NCBI GenBank assembly: GCA_013239625.1
Contig: MU054212.1
Span: 10,030,898-10,094,897 of the forward strand
Direction: 5' to 3'
DNA length: 64,000 nt
From: Lama guanicoe
Lineage: Eukaryota
Below, in pieces: positions 33,971 to 47,400 of this stretch; positions within the stretch are counted from its first letter, which is position 1; each line of letters opens with the position of its first letter. Below the pieces are notes generated by a model. The model saw nothing but the letters and a program-made list of their open reading frames with translations. It had not been told where the DNA came from and did not search any database. The position numbers and the translations under genes were made by a program.

Positions 33971-36914
33971 GAATCACAGCTAAGATTTTCAAAAGGCAGA
34001 GCAGTCTGAGATCAACCATCATAGGACTGTCAGTGTTAAACACTGGATTTAGGTTCAAGCTCCTTGCCTGAGCAAGGTAGGTATCATGACGGGGGATTCA
34101 ATATACTGAGCTACAAACTGAGGTAGGTGATTTTCATCTATCGACCCTTCTGTTTCTCAACGTTTCTACACTCAGTCCGTTGGTGTAGGAGCTACACGAG
34201 GGCCCAGGCCTCTCTCCTCCCCAGCACATCCCTCCACCCCCCTGCCTCCGGGGACGGACCACTGCCACCCTCCCCTTCCTGGGGGCCACTTCCTTCACCT
34301 CTTGACACTCACTCGTTTCCTTTGCTCAGAGTACCTACCGCTTTCTTCCCACATTTCCAAATGCCTTCTCTGCCCTGAGGTCTAGCTCAGGACCCGTCTT
34401 CTCGCAGAGGACTTCTTACCCCATGGCACGTAGCTCTCCTCTGCGTCCACTTCCACAGCATTCATGGCAACTGCTGGTTGCTCAGTGATGGGGGCCTGTC
34501 AGTCCCTGGCATTTATCATGCCTCATTCTGTACAGCCTTGTAGTTGGCTTTGCCTCCCCTTTTCTTTCATTTTTCTTCTTTCTGTCTCCCATTTCCACGT
34601 GAAACACTATTTACTCCTGGGAAATGCTTGTGTTGCTTAGAATGCACAAAGCGGAGCCTAGCCAGTCTCTTCTGCACCTGAGTGTTAAGGTTAGCTGCTG
34701 TCCATCTGCGTCCTAGTCTGTGCAAGACAAAACCCCCAGCATCCTCCTTCAGGAGTGTCTGAAATTGTTTCAAGAATTCTTTGTCCACTCTTCACTGGCT
34801 TGGCCCACGGCACGCCGGGCGACCTTGTTGCCTAAACTCTGCTCGGTCAAGCAGAGGGACATCTTCCAAGGCTCAGAGCCCTCAAGGATAGTAAATATGC
34901 TGAACGTTGCGTCAGTTTCTTGTTGCGGGGCTACAAGTTAGACAGAGCTAAAGAAAATTTGTTCTGTGTGCTTTAGCCTCACTGTTTCGATGCCTTTGGC
35001 CAGAGTACTTTCACCCACAGTTTCTCCTGCCCCCTGCCCCCCTCTCTCTCCCCCTCTCTCCCAGTTCATGGTGGGTGCTCTGCCTGCACCCCCTCCGTCC
35101 CCAGGAGTCACCGTCCTTTGCTAGCATGGACCCTTTACTCCCTTGCATTCTCTGCCAGTAAGGTCACTTCATCAAACTAAAGCTCATTAAAGGAGAAGTC
35201 AGAGAGGCGATCCAGCGTCCTGACCCCAGATATTGTAGCTGAAAAAGCCCTTTGCCTTTTATATTTCACCCTGAGTAGGCGTATGGCTCAGTAGTGGAAG
35301 GATTTGTAGCTGACACTCAATAGAAGCTGCTCTCGAATTTTGACAAATCCCATCTTGAGCCAAGAAGAGAAACAGATATTGATCCTAAGTGTACCTAATT
35401 CATCTCTGCACTTGTAATCCCAAAAGAAAATGCCTTCTATGACCAGAGGGCAGTCAATATTTTTTCCATCTTGTAAAATAAATAGCAGTTATTTTGGTGT
35501 GTCTTCATGCGTCCGGGGCACCAGAAGTAAACAAAGAGTTGATTTTTCCCCTTTCTGCAGTCGAGTTATAATAACTACTGGGTGTCTTGTTTGGGCTAAT
35601 TAAAATCACATCAAATAATTTGGATTGATGAGTGGACCAGAGGTGATTGTGTGCTACTTTGGCCACGTTAACAAGGAAGCCTCGTCCCCCAGGCTGAGGA
35701 GTAGCGTATCTGCAGAGACTTGGCCAGAGACATACAATAAATTGCAAGAGAATTCATTTCAGGGGACTGACTCTCTCTGACTGCATCCGTATTACAGTTT
35801 TAGCCACACCAGGGAGCTGTTCTTATCAGCCAGGGGGATCTACTTACAAACACGGTCTTTTTTATTGTCCTTCCCCTCCTTTACCTGTGAGACTAGAGTT
35901 AGTTATGGGAGAACTTCCAGAAGGTCAGCGGGTCAGGCCAGATAGAGAGCCGTTCTGTTTCCACAATCATTCTGTATATTCTCAACCCAGATGGAGGGTC
36001 ACAAGTTGTTGGAACTACTGAAAAACCGATTTGTGTCTCTTATTGATTCAAGCCCCACATCATTTCCCGACCACCCCAGGTCAATTCCGACAAACAAGCG
36101 CAGATTCTCTCTGAAACGATGCATGCGGGCAAACCCCGTGCCTACGTGCGGGAAAGCCATCTGCTCCATTTCAGTTTTCTATTCTTAGGCGTTAGTAGTT
36201 TGTTTGGATGATTGTTCCTGACTAGTTCACACACCGAAACCAATCTTCTAGCTCCTTGAAAATGAAGGACACGCATCAGAACTCACATTTGGATTATTCA
36301 ACGCTTTGAAGGGATATTTGTTTCAAATTACAAATCGTTTGATTTTGGCAATCTAAGAGAACCATCTGGATTTCCCCCACATTTCTCTCTGTGCCCGGTC
36401 AGAATACTTCTTTGGATAGAATATGAATCTTAACCCAGAGAGCCAACTGTGCTTTCCTCAGAATTTGCCAGATCCACTGGGTGCTGGGCAAACAAGTCCA
36501 CATGACGCAACAGTCAGACGTTTGGGGATTGCATATGCGAGTGTGTGTGCGTGTGTGTGTGTGTTTCACTCTCCAGCCAGACTAGCCTTGTTCCTTCCTG
36601 GCGTGGACCTCAGACTCTTCCACGTGCGCTGCTGTTTGCTCCTGAAATGACCTCTCTGCCATCAGTTCATATGAAATTAGTGTTCTAGCTAGTCCGCCAC
36701 TGAAGGCATGGAAAGTTCAGGTCCAAGGCTCATCCTGTTCATCAGCGTGGGGATGAGTGGAAAATATGCTGGACAAAACTAAACAAGACTGTTTGGAACA
36801 TCATAGAATTTCTCCCTTACGTGTGAACTTATAACTCAATGTTATAAATGTTTAGAGCCGTAACACTTAATACCGAGAAGGGAAAAGTGACACGTTCAAA
36901 TGAGAGACTATAAT

Positions 36915-37090
36915 GTGATGACGAGTTAGAAGCACTGAACACAATCTTCAGCCTTGGCCCATAGTAACCCCGTGTCCTTAGTGAAGTCACTTAATATTTC
37001 TGGGTTTAATATTGTCGTTGTCAAATGAGGGGGTTGGGATTAAGTGGCCTCTGAGCCGTCCTGCTGCTCTAATAGTCTATGATTCTGTAT
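36915..37090 (+). mobile_element. MIR3/MIR-like fragment
   Basis: GTGTCCTTAGTGAAGTCACTTAATATTTCTGGG...GTCAAATGAGGGGGTTGGGATTAAGTGGCCTCTGAG...CTGCTCTAATAGTCTATGATTCTGT. Confidence 0.6.
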
Positions 37091-37894
37091 CTCAAAGGCA
37101 TGTAAATAAGCCATTTGGGAAGATTTACATTGTTTTCTTCACAACTGCAATGCAGAAATAGAGATATTGGGCTTATCCCAGCATGGTTGAGACTGAAGAA
37201 ATACCAAGCTTATGTTTTGAATCTCCTTAGTGGATCAAGGCATTTACTAAGGTTCTCCTTTGCCATTTTCATCTTCCAGGGTCCTAGGGATGAAAAACAC
37301 CGGTGCACGTTGGCAAAACGAGTACTCTCACAATGAAACTGTCTTGCGGCATCACACTTCATAACACAGCTGACGCACTGACACACGTATACGATGTGCA
37401 CGTATTCATCATCATGAATTCTTATGTTAAAAAAACCAAACCAGCAGCACCCCAGAGATGATCTCAGCTGGTCCCTCCTTTTACAGATGAGACTATAAAG
37501 CCCCAGAGAAGAGGACTTGGCCAAAGCCACCTAAGTAATTTAAAGTTTGAGATCCAAATGGCTTAGCCGGCATTCTTCTAATTCTTTTTGTTTTGTTTCC
37601 TCCCACACTTCCGTAGGCTGTGTGCACTCTAAGCGTGTAAACATTTATATCATTGAGGCAACATGCAGATAAGCCTTCGTTAGTTATTTGTGTACCCAAA
37701 CTGTGCCCTGACCCGTAAAGCATGCATTCTTCAGACTGATGCAGAATCGTTCAAGATCATCCATCGACTTCAAACCTCCTCCTTGATTCTCTAGGACTCT
37801 GACGTAGCCAGTACACCCCCTGGCTTGTAATTTCTCCAAAGTTGCACAGCAAACCCAGGCTAACTCTGGACTTCTCCCCTGACTGGGTATTTTC

Positions 37895-38780
37895 AGAGTT
37901 GGGCCTGGAGCATGGGGCTTTTAGTTCTCAGTCTGTGTTTATTCTGTTGCATCAGGCTAACATTCATCCAACTTTCACCACTTTTCCAACATCTTCCGCA
38001 GTCTTTGCTTGAATATTTCCAGTAGACAGAGTCCACCACTGCCTGAGATAGCTAATTCCACCGTAAGAGTGTTGTTTCTGAATTTGACTTTAAATTAAGT
38101 TCCCTTGTGTGTCCTAGTTAGTCCTCTGCTCCCGTGTATAGTGCCACCCACACTGTGACTCCCCTTACACGTCTGAAGGCAACCGCCACATTCCTATCAC
38201 ACCACCCTCCAGTCTCCCAGGACTGGGCGTGGCTTTCCGATTCCATTCTCCCTTTCATTCTTCACATCGCGTTTCCCCTCCTTTGGGTATTTCTCATTGT
38301 CCTCAGGAAAATATCATGCCCCAAACAGAACACGACTCCTCAGGTGTTCTCTGATCGGTGCAGAGTATAGTGAGCTGCTATTCACCATGAACAGGGGGGT
38401 CCTACCTTTCCATCCAGCCCAGAGACTCATCAGTTTTCACTTATTGCTTTGTTAAGGAGTGATAAATTTGCTCAATCCTTTCCTTGGTTTCCCAGCAGAA
38501 GGCAGGCAGAGGAGCAATGGGCTTGATTTCAAGAATCTCTTTCCTGCTAGAACGCTGAAGAGCTTGTCAATATCTTTTCGAGGCGCGTTTTGTCAAACCG
38601 ATATTCCGATAGACAGCCATTAGCACCTCACCCTGTGCTTCAGAATCACATTTGGGGGAATTTACTTTGACTGATCACAGCTTGCAGGGATCATTTGGTT
38701 CTATGGATCCAATCTTATGTTTCAAAAGCCATTTCCTATCAGTGATGATGTATGTATCTCTTGCTTACACTGATTTTTCA
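37895..38780 (-). mobile_element. L3/CR1 LINE 3' region, highly diverged
   Basis: GTCTTTGCTTGAATATTTCCAGTAGAC..., GTCCTAGTT, CCCTTACACGTCTGAAGGCAACC and CCCAAACAGAACACGACTCCTCAGGTGTTCTCTGATCGGTGCAGAGTATAG follow the antisense L3 order. Confidence 0.6.
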
Positions 38781-40740
38781 AAGAACAGTATAGAAATGCA
38801 TCCTTTATTTTTCTTTGAGACTTGTCTAAAGGGAAAAAAAAATTCTCCTTTCCCCCACCCCAGTAAGACTCAGCCACTGAAGATGAAAGATACCCCACCT
38901 CCTAAGAAATCTGATGAAAGCAAATTGTCACCCTATTGACATATTGAGATGGAAAATCACACAGTGCTTTTCTCAGGCCCCAGTAGTAGCAATGTTTTCC
39001 TTTCTCAGAACGTATCTGATTGGGAAGTTTATTGTCCTATAGGTCCTAATGTGGTGATCAGTCACATAAGACCGTCAAAGGCAGAGTAACTCTGATTCTT
39101 GTAGTAAGCTGTGGCTATATTTTCATCAAAGCACCAAAAAGAGCTAAAATACCTAAGTAGAGGAGATTGAAGAATCTGATCCTCTCCTTTGGTAAGAACA
39201 GTAATATAGGAGGGAAGCATGGTTTAACAGGCCAAGGGGGAAAAAAAATCCCATTGGTGACATGAACGATAGATTTTACAGGAAAATATGTGGTAAGAAA
39301 GAAACAGTGCATTGTTTGGGACACCTGTAGTTAATTATTGCAGCTAAAGACATTAAAATCAGTTTCCTTGCTCATATATCTTCATAGACTGTTTAGTAAT
39401 ATTAAATGACAAAAGCTTAATAATCAAAAGTACTGAGTTAGCAAATGTTTTTTAATTTTAATAACTTCTTGTTGTAATTACCAAGTCTTAGAGTGAAATG
39501 ATTTAATTAGAAAGTAATCAAGAAGTGTCTACTGTTAATTGAAGGAATTATAAAAGATCTACATTTTTAATATATTTCTGGGATAATAAAATTAGAATTT
39601 ACCATAATTATTTTTAAACCACCCTGATGAGGCATGGTGGATGTGGGAGCAAAATATTTGATACTTCCAAGAGGGGCATCCATCACTGAGAACATCATGG
39701 GATTACAAGATCCCATCCCTCTTGTCTGGGAAGTAATAATAATAATAATGATGATAATAACAGTTAATATTTATTGAGAATTTATCATCTTTCAGAAAAA
39801 AGTGATTCAAAGCAGAAACCATATCTATTTTATTCCGGATATATCTTCTGTGCACAAAATGAGTCCCTGAAAAAGACTTTTAAATCCTGTTGAATGAAGA
39901 ACACGATGCAGATTCAGAAATAAAGAAATGTGATGAGATCCCAGAGCCGCTTTTAAAGGGGTTGGTCAATTGACTCAGTCTTATCTTTGAACCCTTCTGT
40001 TGGCTCATACTGTTTTTCGGATGAGTTAGACGCATATGTATTTTCTCTCAACTCCAAAGCATAATTTCCACACCCGTGTAGTTCAGTGAAAGTGGAGAAG
40101 ATCTTGCCACAGACCCCAGAGAACAATTTTTTTACTTTTCATCTGCTGCTCCTTGTTTATCCTTACCGTGTATTAGCACTCAAGCACTGCGTATTCATGG
40201 GTATTTACAGAATGGGAGTAAATGGTAAAGAAAGGAATGAAGATAAATAAAGAGAAGTTAGTGTCAATTCCATCAGATTAGGAGTGGTGCTGTTGAATAT
40301 TGCAAAGATCAAAACATTCAGCCTCATACTGCTGATGTGGAACAATAAGGGGAGATACACCTTTAACTATCTGACTGAACAAAAGCATTTCTTTTCAAGG
40401 GAACTGGAAAATTCACGTCTTCACTAAACCCGCCCATCTCTTGCTGTCCCTCCCAGGCCCATCACTATGATATGCCTGCCTCGCTGTCCACAGTTTTTAG
40501 CCACAGTGAATTACCAGGGACTTAATAGTTATCTGGGGTTTAATGACTTTTCTCTACATCTTGGACCATCAACTCCTCCTGGACTCTCATTAATCCCAGG
40601 GGCAATGGCTTAGACCGTGATCATTATTGCTTTAACAAATACTTCCAGGATACAGCGAGAGTGACTTTCTATTTATCTTCCATGGAAGTTCATCCTGCAG
40701 GAGTGACACTGTCAGCTTAAAAGACATAAGCTGTTGACTC

Positions 40741-40745
<5 letters not shown>

Positions 40746-40783
<38 letters not shown>
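40746..40783 (+). repeat. Perfect poly(A)38
   Basis: Counted directly. Confidence 0.95.
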
Positions 40784-40785
<2 letters not shown>

Positions 40786-41174
40786 TATTATTGCTCTCTG
40801 TACTTATTATATTGAAAGACAAAGGCTAATTAAATGTTTTATTTCCCTTCTCCTTGGAGACAGGGCAATGCTGGCCAACTTGCTTTAAGAAAGTTTTCTA
40901 ATATTGTGAGGTTATTTAGCCTTTATACATGTAAAAGCTAGTGGGGGTGGTGAGAGCAATGTCAGGGCTGGGGGTATAGTGTAAAAAATCAATACCTAGA
41001 AGAGTTAATATTTCAAAGAGTGCAAACTCCAAAATTTAACTGACCAAACCAGAGAACAAATGAATTAAAGAACCAAGGTCTATTCATTTAAAAATTCCTG
41101 TGGTTGTCATTGATTTTTACCTTTAGATTTGTAGACTCACCCTATAAAGGCTGTTGTTTCAGCCACTAAAAAAC

Positions 41175-41175
<1 letters not shown>

Positions 41176-41216
<41 letters not shown>

Positions 41217-41230
41217 CAAAACAAAACAAA
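41176..41230 (+). repeat. Poly(A)33 followed by (AAAAC)n
   Basis: A33 at 41176-41208, then GAAGAAAACAAAACAAAACAAA. Confidence 0.95.
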
Positions 41231-43267
41231 GCTAAGCTCACAATTCACGTAGTGGCGCTGGGTAGCAGAATTTGTCTCAGTCATATACGCACACCGTGAT
41301 TTATCAAAGACCCAGATTACAATAAGGAACTTTCTAGTGCACTGTTACTAAAGAATATATTAAAACCAATTAACATAAATAACACCAAGGGGAGAATATA
41401 TCCAAACATGCTCTTTGAAAGTAAGTTTAAAACAAGAATAAGTCCAAGGTATAATTGCACACTTTGATACCAACTCCTTGTATTTGTATCTTAGAAGAAA
41501 ATTCCAGCTCCTTCATCTGACTTCAGAATCCCGGCATCTGGTTCTAGGCAACTGTTACTTTATTTGAGCCAAAATATTTGTAGACTTCATCAGAGTCATT
41601 TGTTGTAAAGTTAAACTGTAGCCTGATCGCTAGGTATAAGGAAGAATCTTCTCTGTTCCCCTGCAGGCATATTTTCTTAATACTGTCGACACAGAAAGGA
41701 GAGTGTCTTATGGAACATCTCTGTGTCCAGCCTTCTGCCAGTCTGTCCTCACATCATCTAATGTGTAACACAGGGATAGCCGTGGAACCTCTGTGGTTGT
41801 CCCAGTATTCAAGGGGAAGACAGAGAAGAGGGTGTGTTGGAGAATTGCTAAGGTCTCCTCTGGCTCGAAAGGATATGAATAAAGAGGAGAATATATGTGT
41901 TCACTTTGCTGTTTTTCGAAGACAACCGTTTCTCCTATTCATTTCTAACATCTTAGATGGGCGATACCGTGGTGGAATAACGCTTTGAAACCAATCACTC
42001 ATCCATCTAGTTAGTCCTTGATATTGAGTGCTAAGAAACTCTTTTCAGCAGTAGTTTGCACTGTTAAAACTAGGTTAAATATTTCAGGAGAACAGCATAT
42101 TTTTATAAGAAGCCCAGAGAAGCTTGCAGAACCTGGAGTATGAGGAGATGTCATTGGGGTCCTCAACTCCAAGAGCTTTCTCTTTACAACCTTCTCCATG
42201 AGTTTCGTGTTTGGAGAGTGTTAATTAACAATAGTATTGTGTTTACGAATTATTTGCTTTCCCTGTTAGTTCATCCCAGACCTACCTGATTGCCACAGAA
42301 CTTGGACTTGGAATGAAATAATCAAATTTATACTTCGTGTTCCTATAATTCAAACCCCCGTGCCCCCCTAAAAATATTAGTCCAAACAATGTCATGATAA
42401 GGTATCTGTTTTTCATTTAGATTTTTGAGGTACTGAAAATAGATTCTCAGTCTCATTTCTACTTTGAATGTCCTGAGGCTCTGTGTACCCAAGAAGGGGC
42501 CCTATGACCAGTCACAAAACTAAGGTTGGTGATTCATCCAAGGTGACAGAAATAACCCACAGTGGTATCACATCGTCCTGTGGTCCTTACCTTTGATCCT
42601 AGGAAGTTGGAGAGTTATCATAAACTCTTTGTCACCCCAACTGCTACCAAGGCCTGTTAGATTTTTCTCATGTGTATTTCACCTCTTCTCCATAACCATG
42701 GTCACTGCATTAGTTCATTGTTTCTTCGTTTCCTTCCTGGGCTGTTTTATTTTCATTAGTTTTACTAAAAATTAGTCTTCAATGACCTCCTCCAGTATCA
42801 TCTCTGACATCCTCCTGAGAATTAGGCAGCCCTCCACTGTGCTCCCAGCACACTCTTTAATGATAGCAGTGTTTGACCCCCGTTAGTATAATGACCTATT
42901 TTTGGGTCTGTTTTCTCTAATATTCCTCAAACCACATTATACCAGGAAACACAGTCGTTTGTATTGTGGCCCCATTTGGTACTTGTAATCTGTGAGGAAT
43001 AAATGTATGTAGTCTGTGTGTTCGTAAGAATTAAGTAAGATTATTTAAACATTTGGGAACTGGGAGAAGCAGGAGCTTCCTCACACTTAGTCCATGTTTG
43101 ATAATAAAGGCATATTTTTTTGTATCTTGGTGGATGTAAGGTAAACAAACAAACAAAAAGCCCTGATATCAATATCTGGATGTAAATTGATGGGAGCCAT
43201 CTCCCAAAGAGAAAAGGTTTCCTAAATGAGAGAGCCATCTTGGATTATTGAGGAAAAGTTGTAGATT

Positions 43268-43787
43268 TCTGTTTTGTAAGTAAGTTAATTGGTATCATAT
43301 TTTAGATCCCACATATAAATGATATCATATGGTATTTGTCTTTCTTTTTCTGACTTCATGACAGTCTCCAAGTTCATCCATATTGCTGCAACTGATATTA
43401 TTTCATCCTTCTTTATGTCTGAGTAGTATTCCACTGTGTGTGTATGCATGTGTGTGTGTGTACACACACCACGACTTTTTTATCCAGTCATCTGTCTATG
43501 AACATTTAGGTTTCTTGCACGTCTTGGCTATTGTAAATAGTGCTGCTATGAATAGAGCAATGCATGTATCTTTTTGAATTAGAATTTTCTCCAGAGATAT
43601 GCCTACAAGTGGGATTACTGAATCATATGGTAACTCTATTTTTAGTTTTTTAAGAAACCTCCATACTGTTTTCCATAGTGGCTGAACCAATTTACATTCC
43701 CACCAACAATGAAGGAGGATTCCCTTTTCTCCACACCCTCTCCAGATTTATTATTTGTGGGCTTTTTAATGATTGCCATTCTGACTG
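43268..43787 (-). mobile_element. L1 fragment: ORF2 C-terminus and start of 3' UTR
   Basis: ORF 43496-43690 (VQPLWKTVWRFLKKLKIELPYDSVIPLVGI...FIAALFTIAK) and ORF 43285-43467 (VEYYSDIKKDEII) are L1 ORF2 C-terminal motifs. Confidence 0.95.
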
Positions 43788-43839
43788 CAATAACACTTAT
43801 TTTTAAATAAAGCTTTTTAGGAAAAAAAAAGAAAAGGAA

Positions 43840-44460
43840 CAGACATTCCTTAATTCATTTTAGCATAAACTTGGCAGTAAAGGATAAAGAGAATGAGAAA
43901 GACATGAGAAAGACAATTTAAACAAATGTAAAAAAAACTCCAATAAAATATTAGCAGAATATAAAATTTGAACTCAGCAGAATATATAACAGTTGCAGTA
44001 GCAATACCAATGATATTAACCAAATATTTTTATCCCGAAATGCAAAAGGGGGTCAGCTATAGAATACTTATCAATTCAATTCTGTATATTAATAGTTATA
44101 ATAAAAACTCATTTGATTAATTCAAGAGATTAAAGAAAGCATTGAAGAAAATTAAATAAACACAAATACTGTCAATGGAAATAAACTTTATTTGATAAAG
44201 ACGAGTTACTAATACCTACATTTGGGGGGAGAAACTTTAAAGCATTCTCATTAAATTCAGGAACAACTATGCTATCATGACCAAGTCCTAACTAAAATAA
44301 TAACGAAAGAAAAAGGAAAAATAGAAGATGGGCAAGGGTTGGAAAAGAACAATCTTTATTTAAGAATGATATAGTTGTCTGCATAGAAAATCCAGGAAAT
44401 TTACAAGGACAATAATACGTTTTTTAAAATTGAAAGCATTCCTATTTGCCAGTAGTAATC
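43840..44460 (+). mobile_element. Old L1 ORF2 (RT region) fragment
   Basis: CAATAAAATATTAGCAGA, TTTATCCCGAAATGCAA, AAAGCATTCTCATTAAATTCAGGAACAA and ATGATATAGTTGTCTGCATAGAAAATCC correspond to degenerate L1 RT segments. Confidence 0.7.
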
Positions 44461-47400
44461 TATAAGTAAATTGCATCTGCAAGAAGGACAGTTTTGTCTC
44501 TTTCTTGTCAATTCTTATACTTCTTACCTCTGTTCTTGTCATATTGGATTGGGATGGGTCTCTGGTGCACTGTTGAATGACAGTCTGATAACATGCTTCT
44601 TTATTTTTTTCCCGTAACATCCTTGAAAATGATTCTAAACTTTCTTAATTGAGTTCAGTGTTTGCTGTAAGCTTTGACAGATACCCTTTGCCAGGTTAAG
44701 GATGTCCTTACTTAAGTATTCTTAGTTAACTTAAGAATTAAAAATTTTTGAATAAACTAATGATTTGCCCATATTGATTACGATGGTCATACCACTTTTT
44801 TCCTTTAAGCTGTCAATAAACTTCATAAACTGATGTTTCCGATTTTGAGATAATCCTGCAATCCTGAGTGAAATGCTATCTGATAATGATGCAGTCTTTT
44901 AAAATAAACACAAAATTCAAAGTTTCAGTGCTTTATTTAGGGGGTTTGTACCTGTATTTATAAAAGAGTTAGTTGATACATATTTTTTAAACTTCCCTTG
45001 GCCAACTTTTGGTGTCAAAGTTACGCTAGCATAACAAAAAAAATTCGTGTTCTTTTTACTGTTTTTTTCTTTCTTTGAAATAATTTTTTAAATCAGTAGA
45101 TCATCTCTTTCTTGGCATTTGTAGTTTACTTTCACTAGAGTACTTTTCCGTATTTTATAGTTTCTCTGTGTTTTCAATTTCTTTGCCAAAGTTTTTACAT
45201 ATTTTTCTCTCATGGTTAAAAAATCCTATTTGCATTTTAACAAATGTTTTGAAACAACGAAAAGTACATAAATTAAAACTTGAATCATAGAATACTAGTC
45301 TATTGTTTTTTAATCTCATACATCTGTTGATCCCTTATTTCTTTTATTAATTACTAATATTGTTTTTTTTTTATCTTTTGTATCTTTTTTTTTAACTGAT
45401 TTGAGTTAGAGGTTTATTTAACTTAGTTTTTTTTTCCAAAAGGATACCCTTTTTAATTTTGTTGGTCCTCTGCATTGCTTTTTTGGTTTTTTTTTTTCTA
45501 TTTAATTTTGAACATTATACAAGTACAACTAATGATTAATTACTTTCTGATCTTATTTCCTTCTACTTTTTATGGTTTATTATTTTCCTTATCAGGCTTT
45601 TGAGTTGAAACTTATTCATTTATTTTCAATCATTATAATTTTAAATGAATACTTTTATAGCTAAAAGCTGCTTTCAAAACATTCTATATTTTCCATCATA
45701 ATTTCCTTTAGAACCCACAAGTTGAGAAATCATTAAAACAACCCAAGCTTGTTTTTATTGTCTTGTTCCTCTTAATTTTTAATTTAATGAATATGGCCTT
45801 TATGATATTGAGCGTTTGAAATTGGCTAAACTTAGCTTTGTGACTTCACTCATATATGATGACTTAAAAACTGTTTTATGTGCACTTGAAAACATCATAA
45901 ACTTTATTTATTTTCTGAGCAGTTTTACAAATGTCCATCAGATAAATATTTTTACTTTGTTGTTCAGGACTTTCATATTGATAAAGATGTATTGTTACTT
46001 TCATGGGTCAGTCCCTGACAGATATGTTTTAAAATTTCCACTATAATTATGTATTAGTCATTTGTTCTAAAAATTCTGTCAGTTTTAGCATGACATGTTT
46101 CTTCATTGAACAACCCTCCCCTCTATCTTATTAATTTAGAAAATTATTTTTACTTTTTAAAATAAAGGTTAAATTTATTTATAATCCATAGCTAATTAAA
46201 TTTACTGATACTTAAAAGCCATTTCTGTGCTCATCATTGTGCGACTTCCAAGTACATGTTCTTCTGGCTGAAGTGGGTACCTTAATAATTTTTATGATGA
46301 GAGTCTATGGGTGATAAACTCAGCATTTATATAACTGAAACTGCCTTTTCAAGAAAACTGGAGAGAGTAGATCCTATTCACCCTTCTCCTCCTCAGTCAG
46401 GCCTTTGTTACTTTCATTTCATCGAATCTGCTCTTAATAAGCAGTGCCCTCCATTGTCAAATCCATGTTCATCTTCTCTGACCCATAAGCAGCACTGGGC
46501 ACAGCTGACTACTCCTTCCTTTGTGAAACACAGTCCACATTTCATCTTTATGATACTGCTCTCTGGGTTCTCCGTCTGTCTCGCTGGCCTCTGTTACATG
46601 GGCCCTCACATTCATTCTTCCCACCTTTTTCACTTGTTCATCCTGCCGTCCCCAGGGTTCCATTCTGAAATGTTTCTTTTTATCTCTATTCATACTTGGC
46701 ACATGGCTTTAATTAATAAACAATGCTGACAGGTATCTCCCATTCCAACCTGTTCCCCTGGATTCGAGATTCCTATATCCAGCTGCCCACATGACATCCT
46801 CATTTAAATATCTTCTTAGCTATCTCTTGAACTCTTGGTTTTTAATCAACAGACCTGCATCTGCTGAAGTTTTCTCCATCACAAGCAGCAGCAACTCCAG
46901 TCTATCAATTCCTCTAGCCAAAAAGTCGAGTTCTTCTTTTTTCTTTCCCTCCTCCCTCTCCTCTTCTTTAAAAATCATTTGAGACCTCCATCTGGAATTC
47001 ATCCCTTCAGACACTTGTATGGATATCTTCTTGATCCCTTTAGGAATTTCATTGTATGTCATGTCTTTGGAAAAGGCTCCCTTTATGCCTCTTCATAAAT
47101 GACATGTTCCCATCACCACCCTGTATCCCTCATCCTGTCTCTTCTTTTCGATAGCACTTACCACTTCACGACGGAGTATCTATTTACGGTCTGTCTGTCC
47201 TCATAGAAAAGAGGCTTCAGAAAAGGGGTGTTGTCTCTTCTGTGTCCTGCTATATTCCAAAGTCCAGAACAGGAGTCGAAACAGTAGACACAAAGGAAAT
47301 TATTTGCTGAGTGAATAAGTGATTCCTTTGTTTTACAATCTTTTATAATTCTGTAATTCTAGGTGTACAGATATTTCCTTCAGTCCTTCTAAGATATTAT

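Noticed and set aside
38400..38440. Second CUGAUGA...GAAA pair on the minus strand
   Set aside because: No closing G-C for stem II and no stems I or III; it lies within the L3 relic.
43496..43690. ORF with clear protein-like sequence
   Set aside because: It is the C-terminus of L1 ORF2 within a truncated element, not a host gene.
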